From positions 43,154,001 through 43,218,000 of the forward strand of contig NC_086097.1 of the NCBI RefSeq assembly GCF_963921235.1: 64,000 nucleotides of DNA, given 5' to 3'. The DNA is from Mobula hypostoma. Its lineage: Eukaryota. How positions within the stretch are numbered: position 1 is the first letter of the stretch; each line of letters opens with the position of its first letter. A program made the translations under genes and the position numbers. Of this stretch, positions 49,287 to 61,221 are shown piece after piece. The notes beneath the pieces were generated by a model. It saw nothing but the letters and a program-made list of their open reading frames with translations, did not search any database and was not told the origin of the DNA.

Positions 49287-52269
49287 AGAACTTGCCCCTG
49301 ACATCTCCTCTGCACCTACATCCAAGCACCTTAAACCTGTGCCCTCTTGTGGCAGCCATTGCAGCCCTGGGAAAAAGCCTCTGACTATCCACACGATCAA
49401 TGCCTCTCATCATCTTCTACATCTCTGTCAGGTCACCTTTCATCCTCTGTCGCTCCAAGGAGAAAAGGCTGAGTTCACTCGATCTGTCTTCATAAGGCAT
49501 GCTCCTCAATCCAGGCAACATCCTTCTCTGCACCCTTTCTATGGTTTCCACATCCTTCCTGTAGTGAGGTGACCAGAACTGAGCACAGTACTCCAAGTGG
49601 GGTCTGACCAGAGTCCTATATAGCTGCAACATTACCTCTCAGCTCTTAAACTCGATCCCACGATTGATGAAGGCTGATGCACCGTACGCCTTCTTAACTA
49701 CAGAGTCAACCTGCACAGCTGCTTTGAGCGTCCTATGGACTCAGACCCCAAGATCCCTCTGATCCCCCACACTGCCAAGAGTCTTACTATTGATACTATA
49801 TTCTGCCATCATATTTGACCTACCAAAATGAACCACTTCACACTTATCTGGGTTGAACGCCATCTGCCACTTCTCAGCCCAGTTTTGCATCCTATTAATG
49901 CCCTGCTGTAACCTCTGACAGCCCTCCGCACTATCCACAACACCCCCAACCTTTGTGCCATCAGAAAACTTACTAACCCATCCCTCCACTTCCTCATCCA
50001 GGTCATTTATAAAAGTCATGAAGAGTAAGGGTCCCAGAACAGATCCCTGAGGCACACCACTGGTCACCAACCTCCATGCAGAATATGACCTGTCTACAAC
50101 CACTCTTTGCCTTCTGTGGGCAAGCCATTTCTGGATCCACAAAGCAATGTCCCCTTATATCCCATGCCTGCTTACTTTCTCAATAAGCCTTGCATGGGGT
50201 ACCTTATCAAATGCCTTGCTGAAATCCATATATGCTACATCTACTGCTATTCATCAATGTGTTTAGTCACATTCTCAAAAAATTCAATCAGGCTTGTAAG
50301 GCATGACCTGCCATTGACAAAGCCATGCTGACTATTCCTAATCATATTATACCTCACCAAATGTTCATAAATCCTGCCTCTCAGGATCTTCTCCATCAAC
50401 TTACCAACCACTTAAGTAAGACTCACTGGTCTATAATTTCCTGGGCTATCTCTACTCCATTTCTTGAATAAGTGAACAACATCCGCAACCCTTCAATCCT
50501 CCGGAACCTCTCCCGTCCCCATTGATGATGCAAAGATCATTGCCAGAGGCTCAGCAATCTCCTCCCTCGCCTCCCACAGTAACCTGGGGTACATCTCATC
50601 TGGTCCCGGCAACTTGTCCAACTTGATGCTTTCCAAAAGCTCCAACACATCCTCTTTCTTAGTATCTATATGCTCAAGCTTTTCAGTCTGCTGCAAGTCA
50701 TCACTGCAATCACCAAGATCCTTTTCCATGGTGAATACTAAAATATTCATTAAGTACCTCTGCTATTTCCTCCGGTTCCATATACACTTTCCCACTGTCA
50801 CACTTGATAGGTCCTAATCTTTCACGTCTTATCCTCTTGCTCTTCACATACTTGTAGAATGCCTTGGGGTTTTCCTTAATCCTGCCTGCCAAGGCCTTCT
50901 CATGGCCCCTTCTGGCTCTGCTAATTTCCTCCTTAAGCTCCTGCTCCTTCCTGTTAGCCTTATAATCTTATAGATTTTTAATATTACCTAGCACTCTGAA
51001 CCTTTCGTAAGCTTTTCTTCTTGACTAGATTTACTACAGCCTTTGTACACCACGGTTCCTGTACCCTACCATAACTTCCCTGTCTCACTGGAACGTACCT
51101 ATGCAGAACTCCACACAAATATCCCCTAAACATTTGCCACATTTCTTCCATACCTTTCCCTGAGAACATCTGTTCCCAATTTAAGCTTCCAAGTTCCTGC
51201 CTGATAGCTGCATAATTCCCCTTACTCCAGGTAAATGCTTTTCTAACTTGTCTGTTCCTATCGCTCTCCAATGCTATTGTAAAGGAGATAGAATTATGAT
51301 CACTCTCTCCAAAATGCTCTCCCACTGAGAGACCTGAGACCTGACCAGGTTCATTTCCCAATGCCAGGTCAAGTACAGTCTCTCCTCTTGTAGGCCTTTC
51401 TACATATTGTGTCAGGAAACCTTCCTGAGCACACCTAACAAACTCCACCCCATTGAAACCCCTCACTCTAGGGAGATGCCAATTGATATTTGGGAAATTA
51501 AGATCTCCCACCACAACAACCCTGTTGTTATTACACCTTTCCAGAATCTGTCTTACTATCTGCTCCTCGATATCGCTGTTATTATTGGGTGGCCTGTAAA
51601 AAAAACACCCAGTGGAGTTATTGACCCCTTCCTGTTCTTAACCTCCACCCACAGAGACTCCATAGAAAATCTCTCCATGACTTCCTCCTTTTCTGCAGCC
51701 GTGACACTATCTCTGATCGACACTGCCATGCCCCCACCTTTTTTACCTCCCTCCCTGTCCTTCCTGAAACATCTAAAACCCGGCACTTGAAGTAACCATT
51801 CCTGTCCCTGAGCCATCCAAGTCTCTGTAATGGCCACATCATAGCTCCAAGTACTGATCCACACTCTAAGCTCATCTGCTTTGTTCACAATACTCCTTGC
51901 ATTAAAATAGACACATCTCAAACAGTCCATCTGAGCGCGTCCCTTCTCTATCACCTGCCGATCCGCCCTCACACAGTCTCCAAGTTTTCTCTATTTGTGA
52001 GCCAACCACCTCTTCCCCAGTCTCTTCAGTTCGGTTCCCACCCAACAATTCTAGTTTAAACTCTCCCCAGTAGCCTTAGCAAACCTCCCCGCCAGGAAAT
52101 TGGTCCCCCTGGGATTCAAGTGCAACCCGTCCTTTTTGTACAAGTCACACCTGCCCCAAAAGAGGTCCCAGTGATCCAGAAATCTGAATCCCTGCCCCCT
52201 GCTCCAATCCCTCAGCCACACATTAATCTTCCACCTCATTCTATTCCTGTACTCACTGTCACGTGGCAG
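48914..52269 (-). mobile_element. CR1 family A element, antisense (end of ORF1 to tail)
   Basis: Minus ORFs DGLHLNPRG, YFNARS, GVPQGSVLGP and HLEYCAQFWSP. Reverse tail ATAGAAACATAGAAAAC at 48914. Confidence 0.92.
49125..49284. repeat. Compound (CA)41 - 34-bp unit - (CA)22 microsatellite inside CR1
   Basis: CA runs at 49125-49206 and 49241-49284. CCAGAACTTGCCCCTGACATCTCCTCTGCACCTA occurs at 49207 and 49285. Confidence 0.95.
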
Positions 52270-53241
52270 TTTATATCTTTCATAAAAGCGTGTTGACTTG
52301 GTTTCATTGCATCAAGCTTTTCTAAATGATTTGCTATGTTACTTGATTATGATGATAAATTAACTGGCTTATTGTTTCCCACACTTCACCAACCTTCCTC
52401 TTAAACAAGAGGATCAAACTCGCAACTTTCCTGTAGTTACCAGTGAGATTTGGAAAAAATTCAACCAATGAAATGACGCTACGATCTCCGCAGTCACCAC
52501 CTCTTTAAAAACCTTTATATGCAGATCATTGATGGCTCACAAAACCATCAATTCTATCATCTAGATCATCGACGTCTGCCTTTAATCTGATTAGGTCTTT
52601 AGATTTTCCAATATTTTGTCATTTGCAATAGGGATTATTACAGCTCCTTCCTTCCTATTTGAAACTAGTGCATTGGTTAACTTTGAGATGATAGTAGTGT
52701 CCTCTGCAGTGAAGACTGATGATTTAAGTTATCTGCCATTTACTTGTTTACTGTTATTAATTCCCCAGTCTTGCTGTCCAGGAGTCCCACACTTAGCTAC
52801 CCTCTTCTACAAATAAATACTTTGGAAATCTATATCCTTAAAAGTTGAACCTTTCAATGGAAGAGGGCTTCTGCTAAAGAAACCATGCTGATTTAAAAAC
52901 TGTGCTGATTAATCACACAAGTATATCAGGAAAAGAATGTTAAATATATTAATGAGACTAGCAACTGCTGAAAACAGTGAATACCCAAATGTCTGTTCAC
53001 TGTATGGATTCACCTGGACTGTTTCAGCTTGAGGGAAGATGGATCAACTGCAACCCTTGTATCTGTTCAGTGATAATGTGAAACTGTATCCAGCATTATT
53101 TATTCTTACAAATTACACAACATGTTTTAAAAAAAAACACCTTGTGGTTTTGTTAGTATTTGTGGTTCATTCTTGGAGAAATTATTGTATACATTTTGAA
53201 TTAATAAATGGTTTTATTTTGTTGCATTTTTTCCTCTTTAG

Positions 53242-53365
53242 ACTTTGCCTAGAGGCAGTGATCCACTATAAAGAAATGCTTGCCAATATATGGGACTGTC
53301 TTCCAAAGCATCTTCTTCTTAATATCAATCAACGAGCTGGAAGCAGCAACACATCTGGATCATGA
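53242..53365 (+). CDS. KLHDC2: KLHDC2 coding exon 13 (last; BC/Cul2-box region and stop)
   Basis: CTTTAG| LCLEAVIHYKEMLANIWDCLPKHLLLNINQRAGSSNTSGS*. Joined exons total 1269 nt, in frame. Confidence 0.94.
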
Positions 53366-53539
53366 GTTCTGCCAATATAATTCCCACCTTAAATCATTAT
53401 AGTGTGATTTTAGTTATTCTTTGTTCTAGCAGTGCAAAAGATGACTTGCTGGGGGTCAAAGAATCATGTTTTTTTTATTGGTACCTGTTTTTGTAGGTAG
53501 TTATTGACATTTCCAAATGTTTTAATATGCTTGTGCATA

Positions 53540-53578
53540 AATAAATCTTAAATTTATTGTTTTTTTGTTTTGAATAAA
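53540..53578 (+). promoter_or_regulatory. KLHDC2: Candidate KLHDC2 polyadenylation signals (another at 54096-54101)
   Basis: AATAAA at 53540-45 and 53573-78, with T-rich sequence nearby. Confidence 0.45.
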
Positions 53579-55222
53579 TGTCAAGCAAAAGGAAAATGGT
53601 TTACTTTGTGCTATCAGAGCAAACGTTTATGCATTCAAAAACCTTCAACTATAAAGTATGATTACATATTTGGTCTTTTCCCTCAAGAGAGGAATTCTAT
53701 CTCATTGCCATTCAGCTCTTATTTAAAAAATGGATTTTTCTTAATTAGAAAAAAAAACCTTGGACATTTACATAGCACATCAGAATCTGTGATTCAGCCT
53801 AAACTGGATAGGTGCTTTGCTGGCAAGGCCAACAGTTATTGCCCATTCCCTCGAGAAGATGTGAGCTACTATCAAAGTTACAGACTTAAAGCGTAAAAAT
53901 GCTTTCACAAGTGATGGTAAATTTAAGACATTTAGCTTTTTAACCTTGTGATCACTGAAGACATAATGGCTGTGTGATACAGTGGATAACTTTCTCATGG
54001 TATTCTCCCAACAGACTTGCCAATCAAACAAGTTGATTTGTCTTAGATGGTGCATGTATTGTGCTGCTCTCACCAACAACTTCCTAATACTGTTCAATAA
54101 ATGCTGCTGAGCTTATTTTTTGCTTTTTACATAGTAAAAAGTGTCTCTCTGTTGAATACCAAGCCTGCAGTATTAAAGTGGTAGATTAATTTAAACTTTA
54201 AATTTGCATCCCAATTCTATTTCAAGTCAGTTGACCAATGATGACCTTTATTTGAACTTTCAAGTTGAACCATATTTTGCCATTGTAATGCTGGCAAAAC
54301 TGTGAATGCATGCTCTGTTACATGGGGATTCAAGGGTACTTACAGCTATTGAGTGTATCTCAATAGGACATCGTTTTTACTCTTCCATTGTCTAATTAAG
54401 TGAATTATAAATTTCACGTACTTACAAAATAGACTTCCTGTATATTAAAGTTGGAGAAGGCTGCAACCATAACAGCTGACATGCTGAGTATTTCCAGTAA
54501 TGTTATTTCAGATTTCTGTAGTTTTTGTTTTTTGAGTCACTGCATAATGTTGAATTATAGGATAGAAATTATAACTACTACTTAGCAAATTCCTTAACTT
54601 TTACAAAATGCAAATAGTACGTAAGGACTATACTTCCCTTAAATTGTGAAATATTCAAGTAATTTAAATATTTTCTATTCAATTCCTTCCTTATCAGTAT
54701 GATTAAACCTTTCGGTATTCAAAAATAAAATTTGTTTTATTTTCCTGTTTTACTATCTGAGAAATGTTTGTGATTGGGTGCTTAATTACAATTAGTTCAG
54801 TACGCCAGGGTTCACCTTGACTACTGAGATAGCAGATCACAATAATGGAGGAGCCCCACACCACAGGTTTTTTTGGGCAGTTCTCCTTCAAGGTCAGCAG
54901 TGCAAAAGAAATTCTGGTCTACGTTTGGTGAGTTTATATAATTTTCTGTAGCCTGTAGAAATGGCATCACTATAACAATGCACAAGTATATTATCTGCTT
55001 CAGTAATTAAGATAACTTCAGGCAACATAAGTGGCTTTTTAATCAACCACACCCAATGACAAGCACTTAATGTAATTTTTTTATTAAAACCCCTCCACAC
55101 TTTCAAAAATTGCTTTTGACTTGTAGTTCATTCATAAACAAAAGGCTCTGATGACCATACAACAACAAGTGGCTGATATTTCACAGAGAGGCTCCTGGAT
55201 AAGTGGCTGTTTGATAATAGCT

Positions 55223-55228
55223 TTTATT
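55223..55228 (-). promoter_or_regulatory. NEMF: Candidate NEMF polyadenylation signal
   Basis: AATAAA on the - strand about 150 nt past the stop codon; another near 55080. Confidence 0.4.
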
Positions 55229-55378
55229 TTGAAATTTACAGTATCAAATTAAGTTCCATTCAGTTATAATTTAATAAATTTCTTGTAAAGTAACTGTCAA
55301 GTGTTTTTATAACCAGATATGTAATACTTTCCTGGACCGTCCTCAGAGCACATCTTAATTCAAGGAAATTCTAGGTGT

Positions 55379-55456
55379 TTATTTCCGCTTGTTTGCTAAT
55401 AAATTAGGGGCTGAGACTTTCACCTTTCCGGGAATGTTCCTTGACAAGTCAGTTTC
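55379..55456 (-). CDS. NEMF: NEMF last coding exon
   Basis: ACTTAG| ETDLSRNIPGKVKVSAPNLLANKRK*, matching the NEMF C-terminus. Confidence 0.93.
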   Translation of the reverse strand, partial: ETDLSRNIPGKVKVSAPNLLANKRK

Positions 55457-55960
55457 CTAAGTGTGTATATATAAAAAAAAAAGCACTTAGCTGATAGCAT
55501 ATTCATTCATAGTACAAAAAAAATTAACTTTTCCAATACTTTTGAACTCTGTGGTACCATTGGAATATTAAACTTATGCATGATTTTGAAATGAATTGCT
55601 GCTTGTTCCCTTTTGAAACTGGAGTAGAACCATGTACACTTGAACATTAGGAGTAAAAATAGTTAAGGTAAAGACCAACTTTGATCCTTCAATTAAACAA
55701 AATATATACATCTGGGATTTTATAATAAAATCAGAACTTATTGAGCTTTAATTCTGCTACATTAAGTTGGCAGCATGTATGCCTTCATCAAGTTCAGTCT
55801 ATTTGTTAAAATATCATGCATTTCAGAACATACAGATCCTTGATTAATTTTATAGGTGCCACATGATTTATAATCAGTGATTTTATAGTTAACTAAAAAC
55901 ACTCATCTGCAGTAAACAAATGTTTCATAAATTTGTGCATAAAAAACAAAAATAAATTAC

Positions 55961-56040
55961 CTTCACACTTCGTAATAGATCTTTTTCCCGTTGCAAGGCT
56001 TCTTTAGAATGCAGGAAATTGTGCAAGGCAGTTTTGGCCG
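55961..56040 (-). CDS. NEMF: NEMF coding exon
   Basis: CTTTAG| (A)[32 protein letters not shown]. Confidence 0.92.
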
Positions 56041-56114
56041 CTAAAGAACAAAAATCAAATGTTGGCTATTTGAAGCTAATTTCTGGAGAAAACAATATCA
56101 ATAGCTTTACAAAC

Positions 56115-56158
56115 CTTTCCCTTTCTTCTGTGTGCCTGGAGTGAGTTTTACCTTGTAC
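56115..56158 (-). CDS. NEMF: NEMF coding exon
   Basis: CTTTAG| YKVKLTPGTQKKGK |GTTTGT, NFACT-C domain. Confidence 0.92.
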
Positions 56159-57011
56159 CTAAAGTAGAAAAGTACAGAAAAAATACTTTTTAGTATGGGC
56201 TTCAAATAAATGCCTTATGTTTTGAGTATTTGAACTTAGTCCCAAAATCTGAAAGAAGCATCAAAACAGTACAAAGACTGCAGCTGAAAAAGTGTAATTG
56301 AGAATAACAACTGCAACCATTAGATTGACTAGAGTACAAGTTAGAGATACTGTTTTCTGTCACCAAATTCTGTTGTGTTTTTTAAGCCTTTTTTTCCATT
56401 TCATTGCAAGTTGGTACTCGAGTTGGATCTTGCCTTTCTCCCTTTCAGCCATGAGAGCTGTTACCAGATTTCTGACAAGGCCACCACTAAATCTGTTATA
56501 GATAAAGTACCAGCTTAATTCTTGCCTTCCTTGCTTCCTCCGTGCAAGTGTGAATTACCACCACTAGGACACCCTGAGCTGCTTTTTTCATTTCGGCTTT
56601 TCCTACTAAATGTTCCCCTTCAATGATTGTGCCTAAGCCAATTTCATAATCGGCCATTTCCCTATTTAGTCAGGCATTACAGAACCATTAACCACCTACC
56701 TACATGAATTCCATTTTCTTTTTAATTATATTCATCACCCATTTGATGAATGGTAATTTACAATGGCCAATTAACCAACCAACCCTTGTGTCATTTGGAC
56801 CTGAAGCACCTGTGCAGCAACTCACACAGTCACAGAATGTGTAATTTCCATACAGCAGGAGATGCCAAGATTGAAGCTGGATCTTCTGGTTCAAAGATGA
56901 GAATGAACCAATTAGTGAACAACAATTAATTTAATTACTGACTTTATATTCCTAACTTTCACCATTTGGATCTCTGACAATTGAATAAAGCTCTTAAGAT
57001 ATAAAACTCAC

Positions 57012-57118
57012 TTGTAGTTGGTCATGGCAGTGTAGGGAGCACAGTATGGAATGGAAAACAGCAACACATCATCAGGGTGAGGTTGGCCAGTCAATGAATT
57101 CAGCAAATTCTCACTCTC
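57012..57118 (-). CDS. NEMF: NEMF coding exon
   Basis: [41 protein letters not shown](K) |GTGAGT, NFACT-C domain. Confidence 0.94.
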
Positions 57119-57557
57119 CTAAATGATAAACATTTATGAAACAATTATTTCAATTTTTGCAGGTAACTTTACAAATCTGATATGCAATTTGTTCTGACCT
57201 TTGCATTGTTCGCACAGCTATTTTACACGTGATTTTGGAAGTATAACATTGACAGCAAAAACATAATATTTCTGATTGCTGTTGGAGGAATGTGAACATA
57301 AGGATGTCAAAGGAATAAATAATAGGATTATTTATTCCTTTGACATCCTGATTATATCAGAAAGGCAAAAAGCAAGACAAGACCATTCATCCCATCAACA
57401 CAGCTCTAGGCACCATATCACTATCTACTTTCCACTCTCTAATGAGAAGAAACTTCCACTTGATAAAAATCTAACAGTGTGTTAATAACCCTCAAGTATC
57501 CTCAGTGGATGTTAATGCAATGTCCTTTTATGAATTCTGATTCTATTGACTTCTTTA

Positions 57558-59353
57558 GGGATGCAAACAGAAACAGGTGAATTGATTATGGGGAGCAAGG
57601 ACATGGCAGACCAATTGAATAATTACTTTGGTTCTGTCTTCACTAAGGAGGACATAAATAATCTTCCAGAAATAGTAAGGGACAGAGGGTCCAGTGAGAT
57701 GGAGGAACTGAGTGAAATACATGTTAGTAGGGAAGTGGTGTTAGGTAAATTGAAGGGATTGAAGGCAGATAAATCCCCAGGGCCAGATGGTCTGCATCCC
57801 AGAGTGCTTAAGGAAGTGGCCCAAGAAATAGTGGATGCATTAGTGATAATTTTTCAAAACTCGTTAGATTCTGGACTAGTTCCTGAGGATTGGAGGGTGG
57901 CTAATGTAACCCCACTTTTTAAAAAAGGAGGGAGAGAGAAACCGGGGAATTATAGGCCGGTTAGCCTAACGTCGGTGGTGGGGAAACTGCTGGAGTCAGT
58001 TATCAAGGATGTGATAACAGCACATTTGGAAAGCGGTGAAATGATCGGACAAAGTCAGCATGGATTTGTGAAAGGAAAATCATGTCTGACGAATCTCATA
58101 GAATTTTTTGAGGATGTAACTAGTAGAGTGGATAGGGGAGAACCAGTGGATGTGGTATATTTGGATTTTCAAAAGGCTTTTGACAAGGTCCCACACAGGA
58201 GATTAGTGTGCAAACTTAAAGCACATGGTATTGGGGGTAAGGTATTGGTGTGGGTGGAGAATTGGTTAGCAGACAGGAAGCAAAGAGTGGGAATAAACGG
58301 GACCTTTTCAGAATGGCAGGCGGTGACTAGTGGGGTACCGCAAGGCTCAGTGCTGGGACCCCAGTTGTTTACAATATATATTAATGACTTGGATGAGGGA
58401 ATTAAATGCAGCATCTCCAAGTTTGCGGATGACACGAAGCTGGGTGGCAGTGTTAGCAGTGAGGAGGATGCTAAGAGGATGCAGGGTGACTTGGATAGGT
58501 TGGGTGAGTGGGCAAACTCATGGCAGATGCAATTTAATGTGGATAAATGTGAAGTTATCCACTTTGGTGGCAAAAATAGGAAAACAGATTATTATCTGAA
58601 TGGTGGCCGATTAGGAAAAGGGGAGGTGCAACGAGACCTGGGTGTCATTATACACCAGTCATTGAAAGTGGGCATGCAGGTACAGCAGGCGGTGAAAAAG
58701 GCGAACGGTATGCTGGCATTTATAGCGAGAGGATTCGAGTACAGGAGCAGGGAGGTACTACTGCAGTTGTACAAGGCCTTGGTGAGACCACACCTGGAGT
58801 ATTGTGTGCAGTTTTGGTCCCCTAATCTGAGGAAAGACATCCTTGCCATAGAGGGAGTACAAAGAAGGTTCACCAGATTGATTCCTGGGATGGCAGGTCT
58901 TTCATATGAAGAAAGACTGGATGAACTGGGCTTGTACTCGTTGGAATTTAGAAGATTGAGGGGGGATCTGATTGAAACGTATAAGATCCTAAAGGGATTG
59001 GACAGGCTAGATGCGGGAAGATTGTTCCCGATGTTGGGGAGGTCTAGAACGAGGGGTCACAGTTTGAGGATAGAGGGGAAGCCTTTTAGGACCGAGGTTA
59101 GGAAAAACTTCTTCACACAGAGAGTGGTGAATCTGTGGAATTCTCTGCCACAGCAAACTGTTGAGGCCAGTTCATTAGCTATGTTTAAAAGGAAGTTAGA
59201 TATGGCCCTTGTGGCTACAGGGGTCACGGGGTATGGAGGGAAGGCTGGGTTCTGAGTTGGATGATCAGCCATGATCATAATAAATGGCGGTGCAGGCTCG
59301 AAGGGCCGAATGGCCTACTCCTGCACCTATTTTCTATGTTTCTATGTTTCTAT
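57558..59353 (+). mobile_element. Young 5'-truncated CR1 family C with uninterrupted ORF2 RT region (ORF to 59255)
   Basis: 569-aa open frame with YLDFQKAFDKVPH, GVPQGSVLGP and KFADD; (TTCTATGT)n tail. Lies in a NEMF intron, antisense to NEMF. Confidence 0.95.
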
Positions 59354-59978
59354 TTACATTTTGAAATATAGGCCAGCATTCAAAGCTCTAAGCAGCATCA
59401 ACAGAACTTTTGTTTATGTAGTAGCTTTGATCTTAATGAAAGTTCCACCAGTGTTTCACAGAAGTGTGATCAATTAAAAACATTCTAAATCAGTTGAAGA
59501 GACATCTAAGCAAATAGCTAAAAGCTTTGGACGAAAGAGTCCTGCCAAAAGGTTTTAGCCCGAAATGTTGACTGTACATTTTTCCATCGATATTGCCTGG
59601 CTTGCTGAATTCCTCCAGCACTTTGTGTGTGTTGCTTGGATTTCCAGTATCTGCAGATTTTCTCTTGTTTGGGACAAAGGAGTTGTTTGTTTAAGAAGCC
59701 ATAAAGGAGGAAAGTTAATTTTCTATCTTAATAGTTGCACTCTCTCAGACCCACAAACACTTCCCTAATCTATAACCATCATGAACCCCAATGATCATAG
59801 CCCTGACCACATCCAAAACTCATCCTAATCCTCATCCCCCAGCTCAGTTATGATGACCCTCATTCCTTACTTTCCCAGTGATCACAAATTGAACCCTCAC
59901 ATCCTGAGTGATCTTTATTTGAATTCTGCCCCCATTTCCACAGCTTCCAGTTGCTCCCCAATACTGAACCAACCCAAC

Positions 59979-61221
59979 TTTTTGAGGATGTAACTAGTAG
60001 AGTGGATAGGGGAGAACCAGTGGATGTGGTATTTTTGGATTTTCAAAAGGCTTTTGACAAGGTCCCACACAGGAGATTAGTGCGCAAACTTAAAGCACAC
60101 GGTATTGGGGGTATGGTATTGATGTGGATAGAGAAATTGGTTGGCAGACAGGAAGCAAGGAGTTGGAATAAACGGGACCTTTTCAGAATGGCACGCAGTG
60201 ACTAGTGGGGTACCGCAAGGCTCAGTGCTGGGACCCCAGTTCTTTACAATATATATTAATGATTTAGACGAGGGAATTAAATGCAGCATCTCCAAGTTTG
60301 CGGATGACATGAAGCTGGGCGGCAGTGTTAGCTGTGAGGAGGATGCTAAGAGGATGCAGGGTGACTTGGATAGGTTAGGTGAGTGGGCAAATTCATGGCA
60401 GATGCAATTTAACGTGGATAAATGTGAGGTTATCCACTTTGATAGCAAGAACAGGAGAACAGATTATTATCTGAATGCTGGCCGATTAAGGGGAGGTGCA
60501 ACGAAACCTGGGTGTCATTGTAAACCAGTCATTGAAAGTGGGCATGCAGGTACAGCAGGCGGTGAGAAAGGCGAATGGTATGTTGGCATTCATAGCAAGA
60601 GGATTCGAGTACAGGAGCAGGGAGGTACTACTGCAGTTGTACAAGGCCTTGGTGAGACCACAACTGGAGTATTGTGTGCAGTTTTGGTCCCCCAATCTGA
60701 GGAAAGACATTCTTGCCATAGAGGGAGTACAAAGAAGGTTCACCAGATTGATTCCTGGGATGGCAGGACTTTCATATGAAGAAAGACTGGATCGACTAGG
60801 CTTATACTCGCTGGAATTTAGAAGATTGAAGGGGGATTTTACTGAAACGTATAAAATTCTAAAGGGATTGGACAGGCTAGATGCAGGAAGATTGTTCCCG
60901 ATGTTGGGGAAGTCCAGAATGAGGAGTCACAGTTTAAGGGTAAAGGGGAAGCCTTTTAGGACCGAGATGAGGAAAAACTTCTTCACACAGAGAGTGGTGA
61001 ATCTGTGAAATTCTCTGCCACAGGAAACAGTTGAGGCCAGTTCATTGGCTATATTTAAGAGGGAGTTAGATATGGCCCTTGTGACTAAAGGGATCAGGGG
61101 TTATAGAGAGAAAGCAGGTACAGGGTTCCGAGTTGGATGATCAGCCATGATCGTACTGAATGGTGGTGCAGGCTCGAAGGGCCGAATGGCCTACTCCTGC
61201 ACCTATTTTCTATGTTTCTAT
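59979..61221 (+). mobile_element. CR1 family C 3' fragment with frameshifts
   Basis: Near-copy of 58105-59345; TTCTATGT tail. Confidence 0.93.

Noticed and set aside
48987..49572. ORFs with poly-(CV) or poly-(TH) repeats
   Set aside because: These are translations of the CA microsatellite inside a CR1, not real proteins.
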